A stretch of 64,000 nt of DNA from Candidatus Micrarchaeota archaeon (GCA_021848025.1 JAJZND010000015.1:9310-73309), one strand, 5' to 3'; shown: positions 52,402 through 62,780, numbered from the stretch's first letter. Notes: a model not told the origin generated them from the letters alone. Program-made: numbers and translations.

Positions 52402-52938
52402 CTATCTGCCTAAGCTAAACTCCCCTACCTTTTTCCATGAACTTACTGCCCCCTCAGTGGAATATAAGTAAAGCCTGTCCACATAAAATCCATTCAGATC
52501 TCTGAAAACCGCACTATCCACATGCCTGACTGCATCAAGGCGCACCTGCTTGCTCACGTTGAAATATACGAGGCTCATATGTGGCATGAATTTACTTGGT
52601 TTCATTTTAAATGCAGATGTTGCATTTTTATAAAACCTCTTCAGCATTTCAGTGTATTTTATCCTTACAAATATTGATTTGAAAAAAGCATCCGAATTTC
52701 CTATCTTTCCAAACTCTATATTCATTGCAGTTGAAGATGCTGCAAGATATTCTGCCGTTTTCAGCGCATCTTCTTGTACTGCGGATATCTGGCCTAAAAG
52801 AGTGACATGCGGCTCAAAAGGCGCGCTTCCATATTTTATAGCCAGGCCTTCTATGATTTCGTATATTTTTTTTGAAATGTTTGGCTCAGGCATAAGCCAC
52901 AACGAATATCTGTTCCATTCAACAAGCTCTCCGCTCAT
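52402..52938 (-). CDS. 2H phosphoesterase (cyclic phosphodiesterase-like)
   Basis: YSLWLMP and two HxT/S motifs (PHVTL, PHMSL). Confidence 0.85.
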   Translation of the reverse strand: MSGELVEWNRYSLWLMPEPNISKKIYEIIEGLAIKYGSAPFEPHVTLLGQISAVQEDALKTAEYLAASSTAMNIEFGKIGNSDAFFKSIFVRIKYTEMLKRFYKNATSAFKMKPSKFMPHMSLVYFNVSKQVRLDAVRHVDSAVFRDLNGFYVDRLYLYSTEGAVSSWKKVGEFSLGR

Positions 52939-53777
52939 AATCCGACCCGTTTACTCCTCCTGGCATTTGCAATTTCCTCAAAATCTATCGGCATAACGAA
53001 TTTATCACCAAAAATATCTTTGTTTCCTGCCATTGTAACGAATGTGGGCTCTATTCCATGCATCCTGGCTTTGTGTGCGACTCCCTTTGGCACAACTACT
53101 GTTTCTCCAGAATCAACCTCTATCCGCTCAACCCTGCCTCTTGTCATATACCACATAGTCATCCCGCTAAATGTAGTATACGTTTCGACAAGATTCAAGT
53201 GTACGTGTGTATTCTGCGGAGAGTTGGAGTTTCCAGCGGAAAATTCCTGATTCGCGGTGCCTAAAGCCACATATTTTGTTTGGACTGAATCCATCCTTTC
53301 TCCTCCGTATGCAAGTTCTTCCCCGTATATGTGACGCGGTACTACCAGTTTATTGGCTTTTCCTGGCTCAAGGTGATTCTGGATATACTCTTTTGTATAA
53401 CCTATCGTCCTGCCTATCGTACCAGAAGTCAGACCGTAAACAGCACTGAATAAATGAAGAGTGCCATTGGCATGTATTCTGTATTTCGTTTGGCCTGGTA
53501 TAACTGCAGCATGAACTTTTGCGGTTGTCGAACTGCCCGCCTCATCCTTGTAACTTATATCAAATTCTGCATTAGAGAAGGCAAAGAGCAGGTTACCCGT
53601 GCCATTGGTCATTCCAGAAATCTCTTGTCTAGCGTCTCTTCTGATCTCAAGCATTGCAGGGTAATGGTATACTGATGAATCCTGCCTGCCAGAAATTATG
53701 TATGGCCTGCTATCGTTTCTCACAGCAGCTTCAAGGGCTATCTTTTTCTGTTCTATTGTATGTGACATAGTGACCAT
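52935..53777 (-). CDS. Hypothetical protein with C-terminal cupin domain
   Basis: HVHLNLVETY...GETVVVPKGVAH are cupin metal motifs; start uncertain. Confidence 0.65.
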   Translation of the reverse strand: MVTMSHTIEQKKIALEAAVRNDSRPYIISGRQDSSVYHYPAMLEIRRDARQEISGMTNGTGNLLFAFSNAEFDISYKDEAGSSTTAKVHAAVIPGQTKYRIHANGTLHLFSAVYGLTSGTIGRTIGYTKEYIQNHLEPGKANKLVVPRHIYGEELAYGGERMDSVQTKYVALGTANQEFSAGNSNSPQNTHVHLNLVETYTTFSGMTMWYMTRGRVERIEVDSGETVVVPKGVAHKARMHGIEPTFVTMAGNKDIFGDKFVMPIDFEEIANARRSKRVGL

Positions 53778-53780
53778 AAT

Positions 53781-53817
53781 ATCATACTTTATCATATAAT
53801 ATATTATATTATCATAC
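53781..53817. promoter_or_regulatory. ATCATA direct repeats in 10-bp phase (putative RHH operator)
   Basis: ATCATA at 53781, 53791 and 53811 (degenerate ATATTA at 53801) in a divergent promoter. Confidence 0.45.
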
Positions 53818-53870
53818 TTATTTAAATCTTATGCCAAATCTTAATATGCTGATATGCATAGGTATTATAC

Positions 53871-54668
53871 ATGAAAGAGAGGCTTACCATAACCCTTGAT
53901 AAGGACCTATTATCTGCGATAGACGCCACTATAGATGGTGTAAATATAAGGAACAGGTCGCATGCAATAGAGCAGCTGCTTATATCATCAATCAGCCATG
54001 GTAAACCCAAGAAAGCCGTTGTATTTGCTGGGGGAGAGCCTGCTAATGTAAACGGCAGGAGCGTACCGGTACCTCTGGTTACAGTAAAAGGCAAGCCGGT
54101 AATAGACTATATGTTAGAGGAATTCAAGCGCAATAATATTGCTGAGATCATAATGATTGTCGGAAAAGACTCAGAAAGCATCTTCAATCGTATTGGGGAT
54201 GGGACAAGCCTGGGGTTGAAGATAAGCTACGTAATAGAAGAGACTCCTAAAGGCACCGAGGGCGCATTGGCTCTTGTAAAAGATAAAGTAGGCGGAAAAC
54301 CCTTTTTTGCTTTTAACGGGGATAATGTTTTTAATATAAATCTGGATGATGTTTACAACCAGCACTTGGCAAGCAAGGCAATCGCTACCATAGTGCTAAC
54401 TCCATCTGATTCCAAGCCGCGTTTTGGGGTCACAAAACTGACAGGCAACAGGATAACAAGTTTTGTACAGAAGCATGATAAAGGAAGAAAAGCCACGCTT
54501 GTTAATGCCGGTATCTACTTATTCAATCCGGAAGTTTTCGAATTCCTCAGCAAATCCAAAGAAAAAGTAATGCTAGAAGAGAGCCTCTTCCCTGCTCTCG
54601 CCAGCAGCGGCAAGCTTTTCGGATATGTATTTTCAGGCCCATGGTATTCCCTGGATAATGTACGTTGA
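53871..54668 (+). CDS. RHH (CopG-like) domain fused to a sugar-phosphate nucleotidyltransferase-like domain
   Basis: MKERLTITLD...NRSHAIE, then AVVFAGG..GKPVI..GTEGAL..NGD..NAGIY. The GxGxR motif is degenerate. Confidence 0.8.
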   Translation: MKERLTITLDKDLLSAIDATIDGVNIRNRSHAIEQLLISSISHGKPKKAVVFAGGEPANVNGRSVPVPLVTVKGKPVIDYMLEEFKRNNIAEIIMIVGKDSESIFNRIGDGTSLGLKISYVIEETPKGTEGALALVKDKVGGKPFFAFNGDNVFNINLDDVYNQHLASKAIATIVLTPSDSKPRFGVTKLTGNRITSFVQKHDKGRKATLVNAGIYLFNPEVFEFLSKSKEKVMLEESLFPALASSGKLFGYVFSGPWYSLDNVR

Positions 54669-54796
54669 ATCAAATTCATATTCGATTCAGGAACGTATCT
54701 GGCATATTCAAACTAAATTTACCGTAATAAATGCCATATCTTCACTATTAATAATCGCAAAGTAAAGCTTAAATTAACAAAATTCCCAATCCATCC

Positions 54797-55231
54797 ATGT
54801 ACTATTCCGAATCAGGCAGTGGTGTGTTTATACTCCGCCTCGAGAGAGGAGAGAAAGTTATTGCCTCAATAAATAAATTCTGCAGAAAACTTGGAATAAA
54901 GAATGCGCTTATAAATGGAATAGGTTCATTGGAGAATCCTAAATTAGCCCATTATACTGTAGATAAAAAGAAGTACAAGGAGGAGACAAAAGAAGGCATA
55001 TTCGAGCTTACGGGAATGATGGGCAATGTCGCCATCTTTCGAGGCGAGCAATTAGTACATGTGCATGTAACTGTTTCAGATAATAAGATGAACGTATACG
55101 GTGGGCATCTGGTAGAATCGGAAGTTTCTGCAACAGTTGAGATAACGCTTCAGGGAATTGAAGGGGAAAAAGAGAAGAAATACGATGAAGAAATAGGCCT
55201 TAAGCTTTTTGATCTTCCAGATCACATATAA
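54797..55231 (+). CDS. PPC/DUF296 domain protein
   Basis: RLERGE, GIGSL, HVHV, GGHL. Confidence 0.88.
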   Translation: MYYSESGSGVFILRLERGEKVIASINKFCRKLGIKNALINGIGSLENPKLAHYTVDKKKYKEETKEGIFELTGMMGNVAIFRGEQLVHVHVTVSDNKMNVYGGHLVESEVSATVEITLQGIEGEKEKKYDEEIGLKLFDLPDHI

Positions 55232-55301
55232 TTATAATGGATTATCCAATGCTGGTTCGGCCACATGCAACAGCAAGGCGCAAAATAAAAAGGGCATCTA
55301 A

Positions 55302-56597
55302 ATGCTTATCAATATAACTGAAATTGCATTGACAATTTTCGTATCCCTTATGCTTATAGCTCAGCTTATTGCATTAAGGTTCAAAGTACCATACACTGTT
55401 GTTTTGGTCTTCATAGGCTTGGGAATAACAGCCCTCTCCACAATAGTGTTAAGCACGGGCCCTATTTCAACAGCATTCTTCGGATCCATACAGTGGATCA
55501 AATCCTTATATGGACAGCTAGTGAGCACTGGCCTTTTTGTAGGATTGATAGTCCCTCCCCTGATTTTCGAAGCAATGATTCATATAAAGAGAAATGAGCT
55601 AAGCACAGTGATAAGACCAGCCTTGGCACTTGCAACGGTAGGCGTTCTGCTTTCAACAGCCGTAGCAACTTTAGTGCTATGGAAGCTGGCAGGCCTTCCG
55701 CTTATAATAGCATTAATTTTTGCAGCTATCATATCCCCTACTGATACAATAACCGTACTTCAGATATTCAAGCACATAAAGGTCCCTCAGAGACTCGCAA
55801 CATTAATGGAAATCGAAGCAGCATTCAACGATGCAACTGCAATTGTGCTCTTCAGCATAATCCTTTCTTCTATAGGGCTGGAGCATTCACCACTTTTATT
55901 TAACTACATTGAAATTTTTCTCTATAACTTCATAGGCGGCGGTGTGATAGGTATAATTGTGGCCTATGCTGCCAGATATATCCATACCAAAGTAGATGAC
56001 AAAATGGCCGAAACTACATTGACAATAGCTGCTGTCTATGGCTCATACGTCCTCGCAACGGGCATTGGTGCTTCCGGATTGATTGCAGTAGCCATAGTGG
56101 GACTTTACTTTGGCAGCAGCACCATGCGCTATGCAGTCTCCAAGACCGTGAGAGGCGCTATACTCTCTTTCTGGGAAATAGCCGCATTTGTAGGCAATGC
56201 GATTGCCTTTCTGTTCATAGGATTCGAAACAAATCTCGCCTTGTTCGCAACTTCCGGTGCGCTAATAGTGGTGGCATTCGTTTCTGTAGTAATCGCACGA
56301 ATCGCAACTGTATACCCTATAGTTTCCATATTCAATAACATCAGCAAGAAGGCAAAAAGCAAGATACCCTTCAGATGGGCAAACATCGCAACCCTGGGAG
56401 GGGTCAGAGGCGCACTTTCAATAGCATTGCTGGCAACCCTTGTGGCTTCAAATGATATCTCCAATTCATACATCTCTGCAATAACTACGATGGTACTGGG
56501 CGTAGTGTTTATATCGATAATTGCACAGGTGCCAGTTCTTTCCGGCTATTCTTCTAAACTATTCGGCAGACATAAGAAATCTACGGATCTGCAATAA
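55302..56597 (+). CDS. CPA1 (NhaP-type) Na+/H+ antiporter
   Basis: PPLIFEA, SPTD, EAAFNDA, GGVRGA. Confidence 0.9.
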   Translation: MLINITEIALTIFVSLMLIAQLIALRFKVPYTVVLVFIGLGITALSTIVLSTGPISTAFFGSIQWIKSLYGQLVSTGLFVGLIVPPLIFEAMIHIKRNELSTVIRPALALATVGVLLSTAVATLVLWKLAGLPLIIALIFAAIISPTDTITVLQIFKHIKVPQRLATLMEIEAAFNDATAIVLFSIILSSIGLEHSPLLFNYIEIFLYNFIGGGVIGIIVAYAARYIHTKVDDKMAETTLTIAAVYGSYVLATGIGASGLIAVAIVGLYFGSSTMRYAVSKTVRGAILSFWEIAAFVGNAIAFLFIGFETNLALFATSGALIVVAFVSVVIARIATVYPIVSIFNNISKKAKSKIPFRWANIATLGGVRGALSIALLATLVASNDISNSYISAITTMVLGVVFISIIAQVPVLSGYSSKLFGRHKKSTDLQ

Positions 56598-56643
56598 GGA
56601 CAGAATTAAATTTGCGATTACAAATCGCATAAGCGTATTTACG

Positions 56644-57027
56644 CTATGGTTTCTGTAAATGAATCCTGTGAGGCTCAATTCTTAGCATAACTCTGTCTCC
56701 ATGCTGTCTATAATCCGAACCTACATATTTCCTAGAAATCCTGTCAATATGTGCTTCGGCTCCTTCTTCACGTACTTCTATTACCCTGCCTCTTATGAAT
56801 ACAGCATCATATGGGTCATTCATGTCAAATATGCTTAATGCAACTCTCGGATCCCTAATAATATTCCTTGTTTTTACTCTGCCTTTAGTAGTATTTATAA
56901 CAATAATATTTCCATCCCTGTCAACCCACGTAACTGTTACTTGCGGCGATCCGTCTTTCATAAGAGTAGCTAAGCTGGCAAAGTTTTTCCCATCAATCAA
57001 TTTCTTAGCTTTTTCTGGCAGGTCCAT
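56644..57027 (-). CDS. PPOX-class (pyridoxamine 5'-phosphate oxidase-like) protein
   Basis: ATLMKDGSPQ..W, KTRNIIRDPRV. Confidence 0.88.
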   Translation of the reverse strand: MDLPEKAKKLIDGKNFASLATLMKDGSPQVTVTWVDRDGNIIVINTTKGRVKTRNIIRDPRVALSIFDMNDPYDAVFIRGRVIEVREEGAEAHIDRISRKYVGSDYRQHGDRVMLRIEPHRIHLQKP

Positions 57028-57158
57028 GTTATTATTTGCCAGCCAAAGTATAAAAGTTTTCAATCAAAATAATCACTATCCCGATAACTGCATGCGAAGT
57101 ATGCTTTTGTACCTATACACGTTCGGAAAAGCGTAGAATTAAGATTCTTCTAATTTTA

Positions 57159-58412
57159 ATGCTAAACATGTTCTTGCCATTGTCAGTAATAGTGCTGGCA
57201 GTATCCTTTATCCTGGTTGCCGTAAGGCAGATAGGAAACATAAAGCTGCAGATCTGGCATGTAATTTTGGGCGGCGCAATAGTCGTGCTACTAACAGGCC
57301 AAATATCAATACCTGCTGCGATATCCTATATTAATCCAACCGTAATAGTCTTCCTTATAGGAATCTTTATCCTTGGAGAAGCGCTAACCAGCAGCGGTTA
57401 CATACAGTATCTTTCCTATAATATATTTAAGCGCTTTAAATCCGTTGACCGTCTAGTTCTCGCAGTAGTCTTCTCAATGGGGGTTGCATCAATGTTCATG
57501 CTTAATGATACCATGGCCATCATCGGCACTCCGGTAGTCATGCTTTTTGCAAAAAGGGAAAAGATAAATCCAAAGCTCATGCTCCTATCCCTAGCATTTG
57601 CAATAACGATAGGCAGTGTTGCAAGCCCGATAGGAAATCCACAGAATTTGCTTGTTGCCTCGAGCGGAATAGTGAAGAAACCCTTCATCGATTTTTTTTC
57701 GACTCTCCTAATACCTACCTTATTGGATCTTCTTGCAGCCTATTTAATTCTTAGGCTGTTCTTCAAAAAAGAGTTTACCAAAAAGCCGCTAATACACGAA
57801 CTCGTCAAGATAAAAGACCCTAAACTTGCAAGACTCTGTAAATTATCCCTTGCTCTGCTTGGAATTTCAATATCCGCTTACGTGGTAATTGAAATATTCA
57901 ACATTTCGCATGGCATAAGTTTTGCATATATCGCAATCATTGCTGCCTTACCAATACTGCTTTTTAGCAACCAGAGAGCCACCATAGTTAAAAATATCGA
58001 CTGGACAACCATAATATTCTTTATAGCCCTCTTTGTACTAGTAGGCAGCGTCTGGCAGTCTGGGTTCCTTCAAAATGTAATAAATAGTCTGCATCTCGAC
58101 ATAAATTCTGTCCCTACAGTGCTGATTGTGAATGTTGTAGGTAGCCAATTCATCTCCAATGTGCCGATGGTGGCTCTATACTTGAAACTGCTTGAGTATA
58201 CTCACTCAACCACTGCCATTGCAATGGCTCTTGCTGCGGGAAGTACCATAGCAGGAAATCTATTCATACTCGGAGCTGCAAGCAATGTAATAATAGTGCA
58301 GATGGCCGAGAAAAGATACAAGAGTTCATTGTCATTCCTTGACTTTGCAAAGATAGGCGCTGTTGTCACTGCAGTCAGCATAATAATATACTGGGCTTTT
58401 CTTACGGTATGA
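57159..58412 (+). CDS. ArsB/NhaD/SLC13-type anion permease
   Basis: NDT, SPIGNPQN, SNVP, STIAGN, GAASN. Confidence 0.88.
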   Translation: MLNMFLPLSVIVLAVSFILVAVRQIGNIKLQIWHVILGGAIVVLLTGQISIPAAISYINPTVIVFLIGIFILGEALTSSGYIQYLSYNIFKRFKSVDRLVLAVVFSMGVASMFMLNDTMAIIGTPVVMLFAKREKINPKLMLLSLAFAITIGSVASPIGNPQNLLVASSGIVKKPFIDFFSTLLIPTLLDLLAAYLILRLFFKKEFTKKPLIHELVKIKDPKLARLCKLSLALLGISISAYVVIEIFNISHGISFAYIAIIAALPILLFSNQRATIVKNIDWTTIIFFIALFVLVGSVWQSGFLQNVINSLHLDINSVPTVLIVNVVGSQFISNVPMVALYLKLLEYTHSTTAIAMALAAGSTIAGNLFILGAASNVIIVQMAEKRYKSSLSFLDFAKIGAVVTAVSIIIYWAFLTV

Positions 58413-58762
58413 GTGTCAGAGATGGGCTATTGATCTTGGCAAAGCTTGCTGTAAATTTATCTTGTCCTGTTGGAACAGAACCTAAAGCGCATCGCCCGAA
58501 GCAGACGGATAAGTTTTATACGACATTCTGATAATACGTCTTTATATACCAAATAATATACTACGCAACTGAGTCAAAACCTGCGTCACGTTGCGTTATA
58601 ATGCAGAATTCCTGTCATGCGGAAGTTGCCGAGTCAGTTGTAGGTCGGAGCTGTGTGCTTATTTTGCGCGCAGTTTCCTGCATGTTGTGCCGATGCACAA
58701 GATGCACCATAGTCACATCTCAGGCAAAGAACCTTTAAATAAGCTAAATAAAAAGTAATAGC

Positions 58763-58954
58763 ATGCAAAGCTTAGGTATGGGATTGATTGTTGCTGGTGG
58801 TTTCCTATTCGGGATGGGCATTGGACATATAATACTATTTGCCAGTACGTTTGCTACTGTTGGCGTTATTATGATAACCTTAGGGTTAGTGGCCTTATTC
58901 TGGAGACCAGCTTGTAGGGGAAGGACGCAGAAAGGTAGTGGGGGCCGTACTTGA
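58763..58954 (+). CDS. Small membrane protein
   Basis: Two hydrophobic segments; follows a TTTAAATA box; its stop codon overlaps the next att-like site. Confidence 0.5.
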   Translation: MQSLGMGLIVAGGFLFGMGIGHIILFASTFATVGVIMITLGLVALFWRPACRGRTQKGSGGRT

Positions 58955-59068
58955 AGCGCATCGCCCGAAGCAGGAGAAGTTTTATAAGATATTCCCCAAC
59001 ATATCTCCATATATCTGGTTTGATTCGTAGCAGATGCATAATATTTATTATATCCCCGTGACCAAAAG

Positions 59069-59548
59069 ATGAGTGATAGTATGGCAGCAGATGAGAATGT
59101 CCTGGGATATATAGACAATCTTACAGCATTTGGCATAATAGCACCAATACGAAAGAGCCTTATAATAACAAATAAAAGAATTCTAATTTTGGATGCAAGT
59201 AGCATGTCTTCAACAGCTACGTCTGCGGGCTTTTCATATGTGTTTGGTGTTTTTGGCAGAGGCATGGCAAACCGTATCTCAAAAGATGAGATACAAGAAA
59301 CCACAAAAAAGCTTGCGCAAGCTAACCTTGATGAATTGCTTAATTCAAATACTGACAATGTGGCACTCGATGTCACAAATATAGAGGGTGTGGAGATAAA
59401 CAGAAAGCAGATCCTAATAAAGACGACTCAAAAAACCTTCAAGTACGGGCTATCAAATCCAGATGTCAGGAATAAGAAGAGCGATGTTTATGAAGCATAT
59501 ATTCAAGTGTTGCAAGCTGCTCTGGGTGGCAAGGTAGTGTCAAAGTGA
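59069..59548 (+). CDS. Hypothetical protein (possible PH-like fold)
   Basis: LIITNKRILI motif; own TATA-like box. Confidence 0.6.
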   Translation: MSDSMAADENVLGYIDNLTAFGIIAPIRKSLIITNKRILILDASSMSSTATSAGFSYVFGVFGRGMANRISKDEIQETTKKLAQANLDELLNSNTDNVALDVTNIEGVEINRKQILIKTTQKTFKYGLSNPDVRNKKSDVYEAYIQVLQAALGGKVVSK

Positions 59549-59552
59549 ATAG

Positions 59553-59840
59553 ATGAAATTGCCTCATCTTTCCAGCACATCAAAATCAAGCCAAATATGG
59601 ATTATTATATCAGCTATCCCAATACAAATCGGTAGCATAATAAGCATGTTGTATGTACTCTCTTCGGATAATAAGAATAAGGCATTTGCCCTACTGTTTT
59701 TAATCCCTATAATAGGCCCCATAATAGCATATGTTTTGACAGAGCAAAAGGATAAGTACATATCCAGTATGGCAGGTTGGGTCTTTATAGGCCAGATATT
59801 AAGTTACATACTGCTAGATGTGTTTATTGCACTTTATTGA
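59553..59840 (+). CDS. Small membrane protein
   Basis: Three hydrophobic segments; 4 bp after the previous ORF. Confidence 0.55.
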   Translation: MKLPHLSSTSKSSQIWIIISAIPIQIGSIISMLYVLSSDNKNKAFALLFLIPIIGPIIAYVLTEQKDKYISSMAGWVFIGQILSYILLDVFIALY

Positions 59841-59960
59841 AAGTAATGGAATACACCGTAAGGGAATGCGAACTAGAACAGATCGTTCAAAGCCCAAGAT
59901 GCGCTCTAGGCATATCCCGACATGGGGGATTTTTATATTTTTATTTTTTAATACCTATAG

Positions 59961-60332
59961 GTGCTAAATGTGGTGGATTCAAATACAACAAAGAAATTAC
60001 TTGACAAATATTACGATTTTCTTCGTAAGAAAGAGGATTGGGATTCTCTTTTATCTGATGATTTCTTGCTGACTGGAACTGGGATTAAGGAGAGTAGAGG
60101 TCGGGAAGCTTATAAAGGCAACAATTTCTTTAGGTGCGTATTGGACTTGAAGGTTAAGACTATGATAATAGATGGTGACAGCGCATGTGCAGTAGTGAAC
60201 TACGATTTGATGTCTCCAAAAGGAAATAAATTTAATGTAGATATAGCCGAAATCTGGAAAGTCAGAGGAGGTAAGCTTGCCTCTATAGTAGTATACTTTG
60301 ACACTGTATACTTCCAGAAGATGATGTCCTAA
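59961..60332 (+). CDS. SnoaL/NTF2-like protein
   Basis: LLSDDF..GREAY..IIDGDSA..EIWKVRGGKL...YFD. Confidence 0.82.
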   Translation: MLNVVDSNTTKKLLDKYYDFLRKKEDWDSLLSDDFLLTGTGIKESRGREAYKGNNFFRCVLDLKVKTMIIDGDSACAVVNYDLMSPKGNKFNVDIAEIWKVRGGKLASIVVYFDTVYFQKMMS

Positions 60333-60446
60333 GCAGGATCTTGCCTGAAGCGCATCGCCCGGAGCACAACCTGTGCTACAGGCACGTCTCTGACAAGGGG
60401 GGGGGGGTTTAAATAACTCCAGATTAATGGTTAAATTGTGAGTTAT

Positions 60447-60905
60447 ATGGCTGGTCAGGACTATACGATTACGATTTCGGTAGATAAAAGTCCAGAAGAG
60501 GTCTTTAGGGCCATCAACAATGTTCGGGGATGGTGGTCCGGAGAGGTCACTGGGAGAACAGATAAGCTTGGAGCTGTATGGGAGTACCGCTACAAGGACA
60601 TGCACCGTTCAAAACAAAAGATAACAAAACTTATCCCAGGCAAAAAAGTAGTATGGCACGTGGTGGACAGCTATCTCAGTTTTATAAAAGATAAAGAAGA
60701 ATGGAACGGTACGGATGTTGTATTTGATATAACCAAGAAGGGCGATAAAACGGAATTGCGTTTCACACACGTTGGCCTGGCTCCAAAAATCGAATGCTAC
60801 AATGCTTGTTCAGACGCATGGCGCTTTTATATAAAAAATAGTCTACGTAATCTGATAATGAAGGGTAAAAGGCAGCCAAACCCTAGAGAAAAGAAGGCAA
60901 AGTGA
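60447..60905 (+). CDS. SRPBCC/AHSA1-family protein
   Basis: SPEEVFRAI..WW, EWNGT, TELRFTH, CSDAW. Confidence 0.88.
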   Translation: MAGQDYTITISVDKSPEEVFRAINNVRGWWSGEVTGRTDKLGAVWEYRYKDMHRSKQKITKLIPGKKVVWHVVDSYLSFIKDKEEWNGTDVVFDITKKGDKTELRFTHVGLAPKIECYNACSDAWRFYIKNSLRNLIMKGKRQPNPREKKAK

Positions 60906-60993
60906 GTTGAAGTAGCACTTGACGGCCATCGACTGATGCACAAGGTGCGCGTCAGGCACATCTCAGGCAATCGGTTTGCATCGGATATGCTAC

Positions 60994-61308
60994 CTAACCT
61001 TTCAACGATCCGAGTTTCTTAACGAAGTCCTCAAAAACAAGATGTTTCTTCTCGGGACTTAATTGGTAGACTGTTTTTATTATTGCACCATCTGTGATTG
61101 TGAATATATAATTCAACTTTATAACGCTGTCCTGAGCTGCTCCCTCGCTTGTAGAGATGCGTATCCCTTTCATCTTAAGGTTTGTAGTTATCCCGGCTAT
61201 GACTATGTTGCCTAGCTCCTCGAATAGCACCAATGCGGGTCTGATCTTTGAGCCTTCGCTATCTGCAAATTGTACCCTTGTTATTACCACATCTCCGGCT
61301 TTAGGCAT
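60994..61308 (-). CDS. PemK/MazF-family toxin
   Basis: GDVV..F.D..GSKIRPALV...IT. Confidence 0.88.
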   Translation of the reverse strand: MPKAGDVVITRVQFADSEGSKIRPALVLFEELGNIVIAGITTNLKMKGIRISTSEGAAQDSVIKLNYIFTITDGAIIKTVYQLSPEKKHLVFEDFVKKLGSLKG

Positions 61309-61522
61309 GCTCCCACGCCGAGTAATCGCCTTCCCCCCATAGCTCTTTCATCTTGGTCTTCTGGGCTTCCTGAACAAACTTATCGAACTCTTTCATCTCC
61401 TTGGCGCTTTCTATAAGACCTAAGATTATCTCACTATAAGTCTCTCTGGGGTATTTCTTGATCTGCTTCAGTGCCTTAACCACTGACTTGCTTAGTTGTA
61501 TTGTAGTTATTTCCTCAGACAT
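61301..61522 (-). CDS. Putative antitoxin (RHH-like)
   Basis: TTIQLS...LK..K....ETY.EII; overlaps the toxin gene. Confidence 0.8.
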   Translation of the reverse strand: MSEEITTIQLSKSVVKALKQIKKYPRETYSEIILGLIESAKEMKEFDKFVQEAQKTKMKELWGEGDYSAWEHA

Positions 61523-61694
61523 TATATAACACCTATAGTTAGTATATAATATACTATATATTTAAGCCTTTGCATTGGTGTTACTGAGGACTACATTGGG
61601 CAATGAACCATCCTTGATTCGCACCGAGCGCAAGATGTGTGAGGCACATCCCCATATCTATAAATGAAAACTTGTAAGCAATTATCGGCGAGCA

Positions 61695-62135
61695 TACGAG
61701 AAGCTCAGAGAAGGGTCTTATCGCAAAAGTGCAAATTGAGATTAATGCATCTATAGAGAGAGTTTGGGACGCTCTAATTGACCCAAAAGCAATCAAACAG
61801 TACATGCTTGGTGCTGATGCAGTATCGGAATGGAAGGAGGGTAGCCCCATCATATGGAGAGAGGAACGAAACGGCAGAAAATATGAGGATAAAGGAAAGA
61901 TACTAAAGCTAGCTCCTAGACACCTCAGTAGATACGGCCATTTCAGCCCACTAACAGGATTACCTGATGCTCCTTAAAATTACCATATAGTCACTGTGGA
62001 ATTGGCCGCCAGAGGATCACACATTAGTGTCTCTGTCCCAAACAAATAACCATACTCGAGAGGCACTGCAGCACAATGAGCAAGGATGAAAATGATGCTT
62101 GATGGGCTTAAGAAGTATCTGGAGCAGAACCTGAA
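61695..62135 (+). pseudogene. Disrupted SRPBCC-family gene
   Basis: INASIERVWDAL..YMLG..SEWKEGSPI..FSPLTGLPDAP* then NYHIVTVEL, and after a frameshift/stop KMMLDGLKKYLE. Confidence 0.8.
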
Positions 62136-62141
62136 GCGCAT

Positions 62142-62196
62142 CGCCCGAAGCAGGGATCGAACCTGCGACTTCATGGTTAACAGCCACGCACTCTAC
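62142..62196 (-). pseudogene. 3' 55 nt of tRNA-Asn (GTT), att-site remnant
   Basis: GTAGAGTG CGTGG CTGTTAA CCATG AAGTC GCAGG TTCGATC CCTGC TTCGGGC G. The 5' acceptor strand and 5' D-arm are absent. Confidence 0.9.
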
Positions 62197-62780
62197 TGTT
62201 TAAGTTCTTGAAGAACCCTCAGTTTTGTTTTCTTATTATAATGTTTAAGATATGACGTAAGTTTTTCCTTGTCTATCCTGCGCCTTAGTGCTTTTAGAAC
62301 GTCCCTGCGCAGATAGTGATTAAAGTAGATAAAGTCTATAAATGTCTTCTCATAGTCTGACACAGGTATCCATAACCCTCCACTTTGTACAGAATCATAA
62401 CCGAAAAACAGATCTCTGCGTATGTGAAGTACGCTGTAGTTGCTTCCCCCGAACTTCCTAATCCCGCGCCTCACATTATTTGGGGTTATTATTATTGGAT
62501 TGGTACCTTGCTCCCACAAGCCCCTGATGGTGAGCGCATTCTCTAGGCCATAATAAAAGGGTCGAAAAGCAAAACCTACTACAGTTATCTCATCATGGAA
62601 TGTATAAACACCCCTACTTATCCTTAATATTTCCCCACTGCTGATCAGGTAGTTTATCAGCCTCTTGAGATAGGCAGAACTTATGCCTTTCAGACCCAGA
62701 ACTGCCTTTAGCTCATGAATTGTAAAGATTGGGGATTTTAGATCATTGAAATGGCTTCTTATATAGCCTACGTATTTCAT
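62193..62780 (-). CDS. AbiEi-like antitoxin / transcriptional regulator (type IV TA)
   Basis: wHTH (IFTI..ILRISRGVY), PFYYGLENAL, VSDYEKTFID. Confidence 0.8.
   Translation of the reverse strand: MKYVGYIRSHFNDLKSPIFTIHELKAVLGLKGISSAYLKRLINYLISSGEILRISRGVYTFHDEITVVGFAFRPFYYGLENALTIRGLWEQGTNPIIITPNNVRRGIRKFGGSNYSVLHIRRDLFFGYDSVQSGGLWIPVSDYEKTFIDFIYFNHYLRRDVLKALRRRIDKEKLTSYLKHYNKKTKLRVLQELKQ

Noticed and set aside
18600..58684. Exact 15-mer GCAGTTTCCTGCATG at 18600 and 58670
   Set aside because: About two exact 15-mer pairs are expected by chance in 64 kb, and the two copies share no context.
62142..62196. Split (trans-spliced) tRNA-Asn half
   Set aside because: There is no promoter, complementary leader or BHB at the break, the fragment abuts a CDS stop codon, and shorter copies nearby favour an att remnant. 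It cannot be fully excluded without the whole genome.
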